This document shows, piece by piece, positions 39,087 through 49,287 of a DNA stretch of 64,000 bases. The notes below the pieces were generated by a model. The model saw only the letters and a program-made list of their open reading frames with translations, ran no database searches and had not been told where the DNA came from. Positions within the stretch are counted from its first letter, which is position 1; every line of letters starts with the position of its first letter. The stretch spans positions 448,001-512,000 of the forward strand of contig OZ252244.1 of the NCBI GenBank assembly GCA_965249575.1, read 5' to 3'. This stretch comes from Gemmatimonadales bacterium (GTDB taxonomy: Bacteria; Gemmatimonadota; Gemmatimonadetes; Gemmatimonadales; GWC2-71-9). The position numbers and the translations under genes are program-made.

Positions 39087-40850
39087 TTACAGGAGCCGAC
39101 GTCGTTGTTCTCCATCCCTTACGCACGGACGACAGTACCTAGGACTCGATGGAAGACCGGGCATATCTCCAAAACGAGCCTCAGCGCTGATCTCAGCTGA
39201 GCGAATCGCTGGGTTGAGAAACGACCACGCCGTTTGAGACCCGGGCTCAAGCCGGATGCCCAGCACCCCGACTTTGTAAAACACCTGGACCAGGCGGCGG
39301 CGCACCTCCTCAATCGACGCCTGGTTATCAAAGAACTGGCGAATCAGGTGCCTTAATCGCCCATGTTTCTCAGCCTCTCCACGGGCAATTAACTCCTCCA
39401 TGAACCTCGCGACATCTGTCAGGGGAAGATTTCTAAGCGGGAAGGTAGGCGGTCGGCGCTTCAGGAGATTTACAGCGGAGAGGAGACTCGGATAGTCTGA
39501 TACCCACTCGTCGCCGAGCGACCTGAGTCGCATGGCTGAGTAGTCGGCTTCAGCTGATCGTAGAAGACCGGCGGTGATCTGGGCACGATCCTCTGCTTTG
39601 CTCAAGCAACAGTTTGCAAACTGAATTATGTCACGTGGCCTCCGCATTGTGCGTATGATCAGGTATTCACCTGTCTCAACGCTTCCTACCTTCGGGGGAA
39701 AGACATCGGACCATCCCACCGAGCGCTGCGTGTATCTATGTTCGACTAACCGTGCAATCCGACGGTTCAATACCTCCAGGAGCTGTTGCTTTGACCACTC
39801 GATTGGAAGCATCAATGGCTGATACTTTTCCTCCTGAAAACCACTGTCCCTCGTCTCGCGAAATACCCTTTCCAACAAATCCTGCCGCAGTGCAATCACT
39901 ACCTTCGCGTTGCGTATTCTCCTGAGATCCCGAATCGTCTCCACTAGAGCCCGAATCAACCTGTAGCGCAGCTCATCTTCAACCCAGTGCTCATCCAGGC
40001 GGTCAACTAGGACGTAGAAGTGCTCCAGTACATCATCAAATACGTCGTCCGCGAGGGCGTCGATGATCTCCGATAGGCGACGAATCTGTACCTTATTCAC
40101 TACGTCTTGAGCCCGATGAACGATCTCCTTCCGATCCTCGGTAGAACAGCGTCCCAGCTCCTCAGCGGATAAGGAGAAGATGCTGGCTTTGGCTCCCAGT
40201 GGCCGCTTAACGTCGTTCTCAAATTTCTCGGTCACCTCATGAATCCGGAACTCCGTGTCCTGCCAGAAATGCTCGCCCCACTCGATTAGGTAGTCGAGCG
40301 CGACCCCTTTTCTCTTGTCGCCAATGAACTTCTCCGTGATTCGTGCTATGAAGTTCTTCTGGTCTCCCTCACTGCGGAGGTGGTACTTGAGCTTCACCAA
40401 CTCAACAGCGAATATGTGTCGCCAGAGCAGGCGATAGAAGATGTCCAAGTCGACGCCAAGCTCGGCCAATCGACGCAAAATGGGCGAGTTGGATAGGTAC
40501 TGCAGCGCGAGGCGGTCTGGGTCGAGAAGGGTGACATGGTCCTGTTGTTGTTTGAGAAGGAGCAGAAGTGCCGTCTTGCCCATCCCCGTTCGGCCAACGA
40601 CAATGCAACAGGTACTATTGGTATCACAAAGTGCCTTGAGGTCACCGTTGTCGACAAAACAGTCGAACAGGTAGCCCTCGTCGTCCTCCGCTGCCTCGGC
40701 ACCAAGACGGTCAGCCTTACGGAACTGGAACGCACTCTTATCTAGCTTCGCCACTTCGCCCTGAAACCACCGCTGAAGTTCGTCAAGCCGCTGAAGAACC
40801 GTGTCCTGCGTTTCCTGTGCATCGTCTCCCCACTTCCAGGTGGCTCTCAT
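39087..40850 (-). CDS. P-loop ATPase (Sll1717/FunZ-like); probable frameshift near 39172, native stop probably 39119
   Basis: LGAEAAEDD, GRTGMGKT, VLVDRLDEHW, RPRDIIQF. The family-like C-terminus EICPVFHRVLG lies in an adjacent frame. Start ATG 40850 or GTG 40754. Confidence 0.8.
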   Translation of the reverse strand: MRATWKWGDDAQETQDTVLQRLDELQRWFQGEVAKLDKSAFQFRKADRLGAEAAEDDEGYLFDCFVDNGDLKALCDTNSTCCIVVGRTGMGKTALLLLLKQQQDHVTLLDPDRLALQYLSNSPILRRLAELGVDLDIFYRLLWRHIFAVELVKLKYHLRSEGDQKNFIARITEKFIGDKRKGVALDYLIEWGEHFWQDTEFRIHEVTEKFENDVKRPLGAKASIFSLSAEELGRCSTEDRKEIVHRAQDVVNKVQIRRLSEIIDALADDVFDDVLEHFYVLVDRLDEHWVEDELRYRLIRALVETIRDLRRIRNAKVVIALRQDLLERVFRETRDSGFQEEKYQPLMLPIEWSKQQLLEVLNRRIARLVEHRYTQRSVGWSDVFPPKVGSVETGEYLIIRTMRRPRDIIQFANCCLSKAEDRAQITAGLLRSAEADYSAMRLRSLGDEWVSDYPSLLSAVNLLKRRPPTFPLRNLPLTDVARFMEELIARGEAEKHGRLRHLIRQFFDNQASIEEVRRRLVQVFYKVGVLGIRLEPGSQTAWSFLNPAIRSAEISAEARFGDMPGLPSSPRYCRPCVRDGEQRRRLL

Positions 40851-41006
40851 GATGGCACTCGTCAATGTCCTCCGATAGGGCGCTCTTGGGACACCGAGCG
40901 ACACCCTTGGGACATTGGACGCTCGCAAAGCCCATTCTTCCCCTTTTTGCTCGCGAAGGGCGATATGTTGCGAGCAAGACCGAATAGTCAAGTCGCGAGG
41001 TTCGAT

Positions 41007-41199
41007 GACCAAGTGACCGAGTTGACCGAGTCGCGGCGGGTCTAGACCGCTGGTAAGGCGCCACGCGCGACCCACCGCACTGCTACTACTTACTTAACTC
41101 GGTCATCTTGGTCATGGGAAGCCCAACGGTCGTCGCGTAAACGACTTAGGGCGCGACCAAGCGGCCACGCCCTCTCGGTCGCAATCGGTCACTCGGTCA
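41007..41199. repeat. Iteron-like GACC(A/G)AG array, copy B
   Basis: Same layout as copy A; overlaps the replicase stop codon. Confidence 0.75.
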
Positions 41200-42093
41200 G
41201 TTGGAGCCGCTCGGCCTTCCTGCGCACAGCCTGCCCATCGAGCGCGTAGAGTCGATTCGTGTTGCCGTCCAAACGCCGCGGTTCTTTAGTGAAGACGCCC
41301 AGGCTTTTGAGCCGCATGCCGAGCTTCTGAGGGGTCCACTTGTCGAAATCGGCAGCCTGGTCCAGCTCCTCGTCCCCGCCCACGCCAAGCCGTTTGAGCA
41401 GCTCGGCTCTCGTCACCTCAGCGACCTCGCGCTCACCGACGACATCCAGGAGCACGCTAAGCAGCTCAGCCTTGTCCTCTGGCAGCTCAGCCTTCGTCGA
41501 TGCCTGCGAGCGCTCGTAGTACTTGCAAGCGGCCGCGCGATCGGGCTCCGGCACGTCGAGCGCTTCCATCATGACCTCGATCGGCAGCCACAGTTCGCGC
41601 TGCCGACCGCGGAGGTTTGCTAGGCCGTGCCAATGCGGATCGACGAACGGCGGGAGCCCGCGGAGCTTCCAGAAGTCGAGCAACGTCCAGCGATAGGAGT
41701 CGGCTCGGATCTGAGCGAACCGTTCGTCATCGAACTCCACCGGCGGCAGCGTTTTCGCGCTGGGCGACGTGGTGACGAGGAGCGGGCGGTCGGCAAGGTC
41801 GTGCGGCAGGGGCTGAGTGCCCGCGAACGCCTTCGGACCGAACGTGTCGAACTCCTGCGGCTGCCCGCGCTTGTCCATGTTGGTGATGCTACGGCGCGCC
41901 CCCGCACGATACGAGTCCGTGCACAAGTCAACGTGCGCCTGCTTCAAGTTGTCAGCCTGGTCGAAGAGTAGCGTAATGCGCTTCGACTCGATGAGGTCGC
42001 CAATGGCCGCCGCGGTCGTCTGCGACTTGTAACCGAGGTGTGCGAGCTGCTGCATGAGGTCGAGCGCCTGCGACTTGCCTGAGCCCTTCGGTC
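41189..42093 (-). pseudogene. Replicase/helicase fragment (DUF3631/P4-like), 5' truncated
   Basis: Walker A GPKGSGKS, TLLFDQAD, FDTFGPKAFAG, LADR, C-terminal winged-helix-like TPQKLGMRLKSLG. Confidence 0.7.
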
Positions 42094-43448
42094 CCGGTGG
42101 AGCAACATGGAGCGCATCAGGCGAGATCGTGTATTCGTCCGCTGGAGACCTGAGGCACGTTTCCGGCGCTGGCGGCGATTGCTCGCCCTTGTACGCCGAC
42201 ACGAGCGCAGTCGATTTCCGTCGGCCCACGTTCCTTCCCGATGGCAACCATTTTCTATTTACGCGGGCAGGCCAGTTTGACAGCGTGTTCCAAAACTCCG
42301 TCATGCTCGGCAGTCTGGACCGAGACACGCTCCGAATCGTCGAGTCCGTGGTACGCGATCCTGAGTTCCATCCCCCAGCGACCGTGTTCTACGGTCTCGA
42401 CGAAAAGCAAACAACTCCCGTGAATCAAATCCTCGTGGCCGAAATGGATATGCAAGCGTTCACGGTCGCCGCCGAACCGGATGTGGTCGGGTCTGTCATC
42501 CTCGCCAGTGCCGGCTTTCTGTCCTATACCGTCTCCCACAACGGGACGTTTGCATACCTGACCGGCCACCTCAACCCTCCGCCCCTCGAGTTGGATCGCA
42601 CGGGCCAGCAGGTTGCGGACCTCCGTGATCAACCCCAAGGCGTCTGGAGTTGGAATGTCGGTACGGTACTTTCGCGGCTCTTCCTGGCCAGCGAGGACCG
42701 CGGACTCTTTCTGTACGACTGGGAGGCTGGCGCCGCCCCCGAACCGCTCGGTATACAAGGCCTGTTTCCCGTCGCTGGCCCCGGAGATACCCTGGTGGCA
42801 TTTCAAGATTACAACGTGGGGTCGCGGGGCGTGTGCAGCGTTGGGGTTGCCAACGTCAATCGGAGACGGGTCGACACGATTTTTTCGGGACCCCCGTGCC
42901 TGTATCCCACCGATTGGTCTCCCGATGGCGATGAGTTGCTGTTATCGGACCAACTCCCGTGGCTTCCCGTGGGCGACCAACCTCCCGCCATTTGGACGTA
43001 CTCCTTGGCCGATGACTCACTGCGGCCGACGGTGCGAGACCCTCGAGCCACGGCATACCACGGTACGTATTCGCCCGACGGCCAGTGGATAGCTTTCAGC
43101 AGCGACCGAACCGGACGCTGTGAGGTGTACATCCAGCGGCGCGATGGACCGTCCGGCCCGCAGCCGCCGGTTTCTCGGAATGGCGGCACGTGGCCCCGGT
43201 GGCGAAGCGACAGTCGCCAACTCTATTTCATCGGCCCTGCCGGTCAGGTATACGGCGCCCAGATTCCGCCGCGAGGACCGACCGACAATCCACCCCAACG
43301 CTTGTTCTCACTTCAACACTGGACGGGGATGGGGTACCAAGAGATCGGCACGCTGTTCGATGTCGCACCGGACGGCGATCGATTTTTCGTGTCGCGCAGA
43401 TCGATCGACCCGACCTATCTGGTGGTGATCCAGAACGGCACGAACTAA
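42093..43448 (+). pseudogene. TolB-like beta-propeller C-terminal part of a Ser/Thr kinase, 5' truncated
   Basis: GGATWS, PTFLPDGNHFLF, DWSPDG, SPDGQWIAFSSDRTG, PRWRSD, FDVAPDGDRF, LVVIQN. Confidence 0.75.
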
Positions 43449-43527
43449 CGAGTACTCGCGCACGTTCGTACCAAGCACATCCCACTCAAAGGGCGAAGCT
43501 CTTGGATGTTTGGTATGACGCCTCGCA

Positions 43528-43565
43528 GGCGCAAGCCCTCGGGGTTCGAATCCCCGCGCCGCTCG
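43528..43565 (+). repeat. Degenerate copy of the tRNA-Ser(TGA) 3' half (att-like)
   Basis: ggcgcaagccc-tcggggttcgaatccccg versus ggcgcaagcccatcggggttcgactccccg at 37946. Confidence 0.7.
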
Positions 43566-43697
43566 GGTCGCCGCCTGAGGGCGGCTGTTCGAGGACATCT
43601 ATTACACTCCCAGTTCCAGTACACCAAGTACTCGACGTCGATCCTCGGAGCGGGCGGTTCCTCATGATGAACTTGAAAACCGCCGGACATCGAGCAC

Positions 43698-44906
43698 TCA
43701 AAAGAACCAGCTCACCGATCCATATGCCGTGGCCGGCACGACTCCGAACCCCGAGGGAACGGCGACCGCACTCGTGGTTTGCCCGGAGCCGATGCCGAGG
43801 AATGCACCCGCCCGCGCAGTGGTCTCGTTGGACAGCGAATACGAGAGCGACGGCACGACGAGCGCGCTCCGGTCGTTGAGGTTCCAGATCGCGAGCAACC
43901 CCGCGGACCACAACGGGTGCAGCTGATACGTCCCTTGGGCAACAGTCGCCTCCCGGCCGACGACCTGGAGCTCTCCCCGTCCAAAGGGTTCGGAAAGCAG
44001 GACCCGTCTGATGTCCGCGGCGCTCGAGGCCCCGAAGTCGTCATGCTGGTACTCCATCGCCACGCGGAGGTCACGGTCCGCAAGAGTGAACCGAGTGTCG
44101 ATCCCGACGACTCCGCGCAGTGCGACCCCACTCCCTTGGTCGTCTGCGCGAACGGAGGTCTCGACCCGCAGCGCGACCTGTCCAATGCCACCAGTCCCAC
44201 CCATCCCGAACGCGGCGTCCTCGTGTAGCGCCCCCGCCCAGGCCGACACTTCCCATCCGCTCACGACCCCCCTGACCCGTCCCAAGGCCGTCACGAGGTC
44301 ACCACCAGGTGTATCGGAGCCCCGGAGCACCAGGTCGACGTCGGCGAGCGGTCCGGGAAAAAACTGTACGCGAACGGCGTCCACGCCCGCGCGGAACTCG
44401 CGAAACGGATCGGCGGGATCGAACGGAACGAACGGATCGGCGGGTGTGAGCAGGAGAGTGGTCGCCCACGAGATGGTTTGGCGCCCCACGGTGACCTCCA
44501 CCGCCTCGGACGGGGAGTAGGAAATGCTCAGCCGGTCGAGCCGGTGCCGCCACAGCACATGATCCCCCTCCGCGATGGTCCAATCGAGATCCAGGAGCCC
44601 GCCGCCCGCCGGAGCCATCGCGGTACCCAGGCCTCCGGAGCCCGCGTTCCTCCTCTGGCTAAATGAGACGAACTGCTCGTATGCAATATCCAGGGAGACC
44701 TTGTCGCGCACGGGACTCATCATGAGCCGGACCCGTTGCAGGTCTCCGAGCCCGCCCGGGTTGAACGGAGTCGCTTCGGACCAGAGGGGAACGTTGAGGT
44801 AGTACCCGCGTGCACCCGCCGGGAGCTGCGCTGGAGCGAAGGTGGGAATCGCCAGCAGACCGAGCACGAGAGCGAGTGTGAGTGTCCGGGACTTCGAACA
44901 CGTCAC
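43698..44906 (-). CDS. Putative outer-membrane beta-barrel protein
   Basis: Signal peptide, HRLDRL, VTVGRQTISW, GVDAVR, terminal Phe. Confidence 0.75.
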   Translation of the reverse strand: MTCSKSRTLTLALVLGLLAIPTFAPAQLPAGARGYYLNVPLWSEATPFNPGGLGDLQRVRLMMSPVRDKVSLDIAYEQFVSFSQRRNAGSGGLGTAMAPAGGGLLDLDWTIAEGDHVLWRHRLDRLSISYSPSEAVEVTVGRQTISWATTLLLTPADPFVPFDPADPFREFRAGVDAVRVQFFPGPLADVDLVLRGSDTPGGDLVTALGRVRGVVSGWEVSAWAGALHEDAAFGMGGTGGIGQVALRVETSVRADDQGSGVALRGVVGIDTRFTLADRDLRVAMEYQHDDFGASSAADIRRVLLSEPFGRGELQVVGREATVAQGTYQLHPLWSAGLLAIWNLNDRSALVVPSLSYSLSNETTARAGAFLGIGSGQTTSAVAVPSGFGVVPATAYGSVSWFF

Positions 44907-45631
44907 CGTTCGGGCTCGGGGCTCCGCCGTTCGTCCGATTCCACGGCACCGTCGACCAGATGGATCAGGCGACGGGCCCGCTCCATGACCCGCGGATCGT
45001 GCGTGGCGAAAACGAACGTGGTCCCCAGCTCGCGATTGAGCTCCTCCATCATGTCGAGCAGCGACTCACTCGCGCGGGAATCCAGATTCGCCGTTGGCTC
45101 GTCCGCCAGCACGAGGGCCGGCTGAGACGCCACGGCGCGAATCACCGCAACCCGCTGCTGCTGCCCTCCGGAGAGCTTGCCCGGACGCCGGTCTTCCAGT
45201 CCCGCGATGCCGGTGCGCTCGAACAACTGGTGGACGCGTCGCCGGCGCTCTCCCTCCTCGACGCCGAGGAGCAACAGCGGGAATTCGGCGTTCTCGAGTG
45301 CCGTGAGCACCGGCAAGAGGTTGTATGCCTGGAAAACGAATCCGATGCGCTCCAGTCGCATGCGTGCTAGCTCGCGGTTGGACTTCCCCGCGAGGTCCTC
45401 ACCCGCTACCCACACTCGCCCTCGAGTGGCGCGGGACAGTCCGCCGATCAAGTTGAGAAGCGTCGTCTTGCCCGAGCCTGACGGCCCCGCCATCGCCACG
45501 AACTCGCCGCGCTCGATTCTCGTCGTCACCCCCTGCACCGCCGGGACCTCCTCGGGCCCCTGCTCGAAGACCTTCCAGACGCCGTCCGTCCGGACCGCCG
45601 GAATGGGATGGTCGTCCACCGGAGTGCTCAT
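44903..45631 (-). CDS. ABC transporter ATP-binding protein (LolD/MacB-like)
   Basis: GPSGSGKT, LSGGQQQRVA, LADEPTANLD. Confidence 0.95.
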   Translation of the reverse strand: MSTPVDDHPIPAVRTDGVWKVFEQGPEEVPAVQGVTTRIERGEFVAMAGPSGSGKTTLLNLIGGLSRATRGRVWVAGEDLAGKSNRELARMRLERIGFVFQAYNLLPVLTALENAEFPLLLLGVEEGERRRRVHQLFERTGIAGLEDRRPGKLSGGQQQRVAVIRAVASQPALVLADEPTANLDSRASESLLDMMEELNRELGTTFVFATHDPRVMERARRLIHLVDGAVESDERRSPEPER

Positions 45632-46905
45632 CGCTCGAACTTCATGGCCTCGGCCACGTCGATCTGTGTTGCGCGCCACGCGGGATACAGCGATGCCAGG
45701 GTACCGATGATCAGAATGAAAACGAATCCCTGCGTGACGCGCGCGGTGCGGAAGAGGGGCACCATGACCGGGTCCATCACGACTCCCGAGAAGGTCCACT
45801 CGCCCTGCATCAGGCCGGAAATGTCCATCCCGTCGTGCCAGAGCAGCCACGTGATGCCCAGCCCGAGCAGGATGCCGACGAAACCGCTGACGACGGTGAG
45901 GATGACGCCCTCGACCATGACGAGCCCGCCGGCCTGGCCCGGCGTGAACCCGAGTGCCTGCAGCACGCCGAACTCCCGATGCCGGTGCAACACCGACATG
46001 AGCACCGTGTTCACGATGGCGAGAGCGATGATGCCGAACATGATACCCTGGAACAAGTAGTTCCCCAGATCGTCCACTTTCACCGCCGCGTCGAGCTCCG
46101 GCATCGCCTCCCGCCACGGCAACGAGATAAGGCTTCCGAGCTCCATTTCAGCCGCAAGCTCCCGACTCAAGGCTCGGTGCACGTGCGGCACGGCTCGACT
46201 CCGGTCGAGCAGCACGGCAATCGAGGTGACGTCGTCCGCAGCGCCGAGCCACGACCCCGCCGTGCGTAGCGGAATGTGAATCACGGATTCATCCACTTCG
46301 GGTATGCCGCTCTTGAAGATGCCGGCCACCCGAACGAGCTGTCCGGCGATCTCTCCGGATGCGTCCTGCGCGGTAAGAACAAAGCGGGAGCCGATCCTGA
46401 GGCGGAGCCCTTCGGCGAGGCCTGCACCGATGTACGCCCTGAGACGATCGCCACTCTCGAGATAGCGCCCATCCATGAGCCGGTCGTCGAGAATCGAAAA
46501 GCCGGCCTCCGCCACGGGATCGACTCCGACAATCTGCGCGGGCCGAGCCCCGTTGGCCGAGCTCGCGAGCCCCGTGGTGGCGAGCCTCGGGACGATGGCC
46601 GTGACATGCTCGGCGATCCCGGGAGTCCCAAGCGCGGCCTCCGCTGCTCGGCGCGCTCCCGTGGAAAGCCGGTGTTCGATCCTGCGACTCGCCTGGTAGC
46701 CCCGCGCCTGGAGGGCGACATGTCCGCTCCCCATCCGCACACCGGACTCGATCCAGTCCTCGTGGGTTCCGTCAGAAAGGGAGACCGAGAAAATGAGGAG
46801 CGCACCCCCGACGATCATCGCCGCGGCGGTGAGCGCGCTTCGACGTGCCTGTCGCCGGAGGTTGCGCACCGCGAGACGTGCCATGAGAACCGCGCGAATC
46901 GTCAT
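45628..46905 (-). CDS. ABC permease (LolC/E, FtsX family)
   Basis: RNLRRQARRS, NTVLMSVLHRHREFG, SLYPAWRA. Confidence 0.92.
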   Translation of the reverse strand: MTIRAVLMARLAVRNLRRQARRSALTAAAMIVGGALLIFSVSLSDGTHEDWIESGVRMGSGHVALQARGYQASRRIEHRLSTGARRAAEAALGTPGIAEHVTAIVPRLATTGLASSANGARPAQIVGVDPVAEAGFSILDDRLMDGRYLESGDRLRAYIGAGLAEGLRLRIGSRFVLTAQDASGEIAGQLVRVAGIFKSGIPEVDESVIHIPLRTAGSWLGAADDVTSIAVLLDRSRAVPHVHRALSRELAAEMELGSLISLPWREAMPELDAAVKVDDLGNYLFQGIMFGIIALAIVNTVLMSVLHRHREFGVLQALGFTPGQAGGLVMVEGVILTVVSGFVGILLGLGITWLLWHDGMDISGLMQGEWTFSGVVMDPVMVPLFRTARVTQGFVFILIIGTLASLYPAWRATQIDVAEAMKFER

Positions 46906-48176
46906 TCGCCCGCCAGCGTATCGGCCGGGGGTACGCGCGCCGCGCGCACCGCCGGATACAGGGAAGCCAAGAGAGCGGTCAGGACCAACGCACCACCCGC
47001 CCAGAACGCAGCCGCCACATCGTACTCTACCCGCAGGACGGGGCGCACCAGGGCACCAAACATCGTGAAGTCGCCGTACAGCCAGCCGACGTCGAGGGGC
47101 ACGTTGTGCCACCACACGAGCACGGGGACGGTGATCACCACGCCGGCCAACAGGCTGATGATCCCGAGCGCAAGCGCCTCATACAGCACGGTTCGCACGA
47201 CGGTTCCGGGCGTCGCGCCGAGCGCCATGATCACGGCGAACTCCCGCCGGCGCTCGTAGGTGGCGAGCAGCATCGTGTTGGCCACGCCGAAGATGGCAAT
47301 GCCAAACACGATGCCGATGACGATCAGGTTCCACGCCTCGACGAGCCGGGCATAGTCCATCATCTCGGGGCGGAGGCGGGTCCACGGCTCGATCTCGATC
47401 TCCAGGCCGAGAGGGCGGAGCGCCACCGCGATCCGCGCGGCCGCTGACGGCGCCAGCCATGGATCGGTAGTGGACACGGCGATCTCGTGGATCCGCTCGG
47501 GCGGGAGGGCAACGAGGAACTGCAGCGACCCGATTGGCAGTAACGCGAATGACGCATCCAGCTCGGCCATGCCGGTTCGATATATGCCGGACACTGTGTA
47601 GAGATCGTTTCCCATCGAGCCGTCCGCGGCTGGCGCGACCACCACGACCTCGTCGCCGACGGCGGCGTCGAGCTGCCGCGCCACCTCCGCCCCGATCATG
47701 ATCTCGTTCGCCGCTCGCTTGGGCGCACCTCCCCGCACCAAGCCGCGCATGAAGCGACTCACCCGGGGTTCCCGCTCGAGGTCCACACCCATGAGCATGA
47801 CGGCCGTCGTGGCGTCACCGGAGCTCACCAGGCCGCCGGCATACACCCGAGGGGTCACGGCGGCGATCGCGGCGTCCGCCGAGATCTCCCGCAGCACGTA
47901 CTCGATGTCGGCCCCTTCGCGGCCCCCAATCGTCTCGTAGATGCTCCGTTCGGGGCGGTACTCCAGAGCGTGTATCTGGAGCTGCCCGGTGAGGATGCCC
48001 GTCCCGTTGTCGATCATTTCGGCAGCGAGCCCCGCCATGAGCCCGATGACCAGCACCACGGCGAAATACCCAAAGGCGAGCCCCGCCGCGGTGATGATCG
48101 TACGTCGTCGATGTCGGCCGAGATTCCGCCAGCCAATGCGCTGCCATGGGGAGCCGACGAAACGGGAACGCCCCAC
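46902..48176 (-). CDS. ABC permease (LolC/E, FtsX family)
   Basis: WRNLGRHRRRT, NTMLLATYERRREF, SLYPAVRAAR. Confidence 0.92.
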   Translation of the reverse strand: MGRSRFVGSPWQRIGWRNLGRHRRRTIITAAGLAFGYFAVVLVIGLMAGLAAEMIDNGTGILTGQLQIHALEYRPERSIYETIGGREGADIEYVLREISADAAIAAVTPRVYAGGLVSSGDATTAVMLMGVDLEREPRVSRFMRGLVRGGAPKRAANEIMIGAEVARQLDAAVGDEVVVVAPAADGSMGNDLYTVSGIYRTGMAELDASFALLPIGSLQFLVALPPERIHEIAVSTTDPWLAPSAAARIAVALRPLGLEIEIEPWTRLRPEMMDYARLVEAWNLIVIGIVFGIAIFGVANTMLLATYERRREFAVIMALGATPGTVVRTVLYEALALGIISLLAGVVITVPVLVWWHNVPLDVGWLYGDFTMFGALVRPVLRVEYDVAAAFWAGGALVLTALLASLYPAVRAARVPPADTLAGE

Positions 48177-48185
48177 GTCGCGAGC

Positions 48186-48963
48186 CTACCGGCCGGTTCT
48201 CAGCGCGCGGAGGGAGAACGCCGACTGCCCGATCTCGATGTCGAACTCGAGCTCCTGGTACCGGACGACCGTCCGCTCACCCGGCTCGTCATCGGGGATC
48301 ACCTCCGTGAGCATGGGAACCAGTCGCCCCCCGGTGACGCGGTAATCACCGAACGTGACGGTCCGCACCCTCGCGCCGTCCTCGTCAAAGTAGTACGCCC
48401 AAGTCGGCATCAGATCGGCTTTCCTCACCTGGTAGTCGATGCGATCCCACACTACCGCTGCCTCCGGTTTCGGGCTGAGCCGGAACTCCCATACCTCTAC
48501 TCCGTCCCGATCGCCTTCGTAGCCGGTGTCAATGTCGTAGTCATCGATGAGCCGGCTCTCCTTCACCCAGTCATCATTGGTGAAATGGGAGCCCATCCAG
48601 GCTCCCATCATGAGTGATGCCGGGACCTTGATGGCTCGGTCCACCCTGGGGAGGTAGTTCCAGATGTTCTCGCCCGCCTTGAGGGTCGCGGTGCCGGCGT
48701 CTTTTCCGGGGAGCGGTGACACGCACCAGCGCGTGCTCCGTACCGAGCGACCAGATCTCGAGTGTGAAGCTCCGTTCCCAGTGCTCGGTCACCACTTCCA
48801 TGGTTGCCACCCCATGACTCGACTCCCCGCGAAGGAGCTGATCGACGCGATCGATGATTTCCCGCGGAGACTGCTGCGCGAGGGCAGGGGCCGGCGCCAG
48901 GAAGGGCAGGCTGAGGCCGGTGGCCCATCCCCACCGTCGAGCGCGGCACGCCTGTCGGATCAC
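48186..48963 (-). CDS. LolA-like outer-membrane lipoprotein-sorting protein, frameshifted at 48702-48705
   Basis: Removing one base from the T4 run restores RVTAPRKDAGTATLK...WMGSHFTNDD. Confidence 0.85.
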
Positions 48964-49287
48964 GGCACCCCCTTTCGGTCCGCATCGTTTGGTATGGCCG
49001 AATTGCAGGATACGATGCTAAAGAACGTCTCGGGTTCAAGATAACGGGTCTTAAGGTGGGGCAGTGCCGGTGCTCCAACCGCTGCATGGATCGGGTAGAG
49101 GGAACCCAAGCCAAGACGCACAGTCAGCGCAGTCTTGCCAGGGCTGGATCATGAACGGATCTTCACGGCTCGCTCCAATGCGCTACAGGATCGTGTGGGT
49201 AGTCTGAGGAGAGCGACGGCGTCCCATCGAGTGCCGGGACTGGTTCTCGCGATAGGTCGCTACCACTACAGGATTAGGAGTTTGGAC

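Larger units (their letters stand above)
37946..43565. mobile_element. Genomic island 2 (about 5.6 kb) downstream of tRNA-Ser(TGA), decayed
   Basis: Degenerate tRNA 3'-half copy at 43528-43565, visibly lower-GC cargo, replicase fragment and iteron-like arrays. Confidence 0.65.

Noticed and set aside
41189..43448. Genuine overlapping genes 41189-42328(-) and 42054-43448(+)
   Set aside because: Each ORF is meaningful only on its own side of a junction near 42093; the overlap is read-through.
24239..43565. Intact prophage or active integrative element
   Set aside because: No TerL, portal, capsid, tail or conjugation genes; integrase and replicase are truncated.
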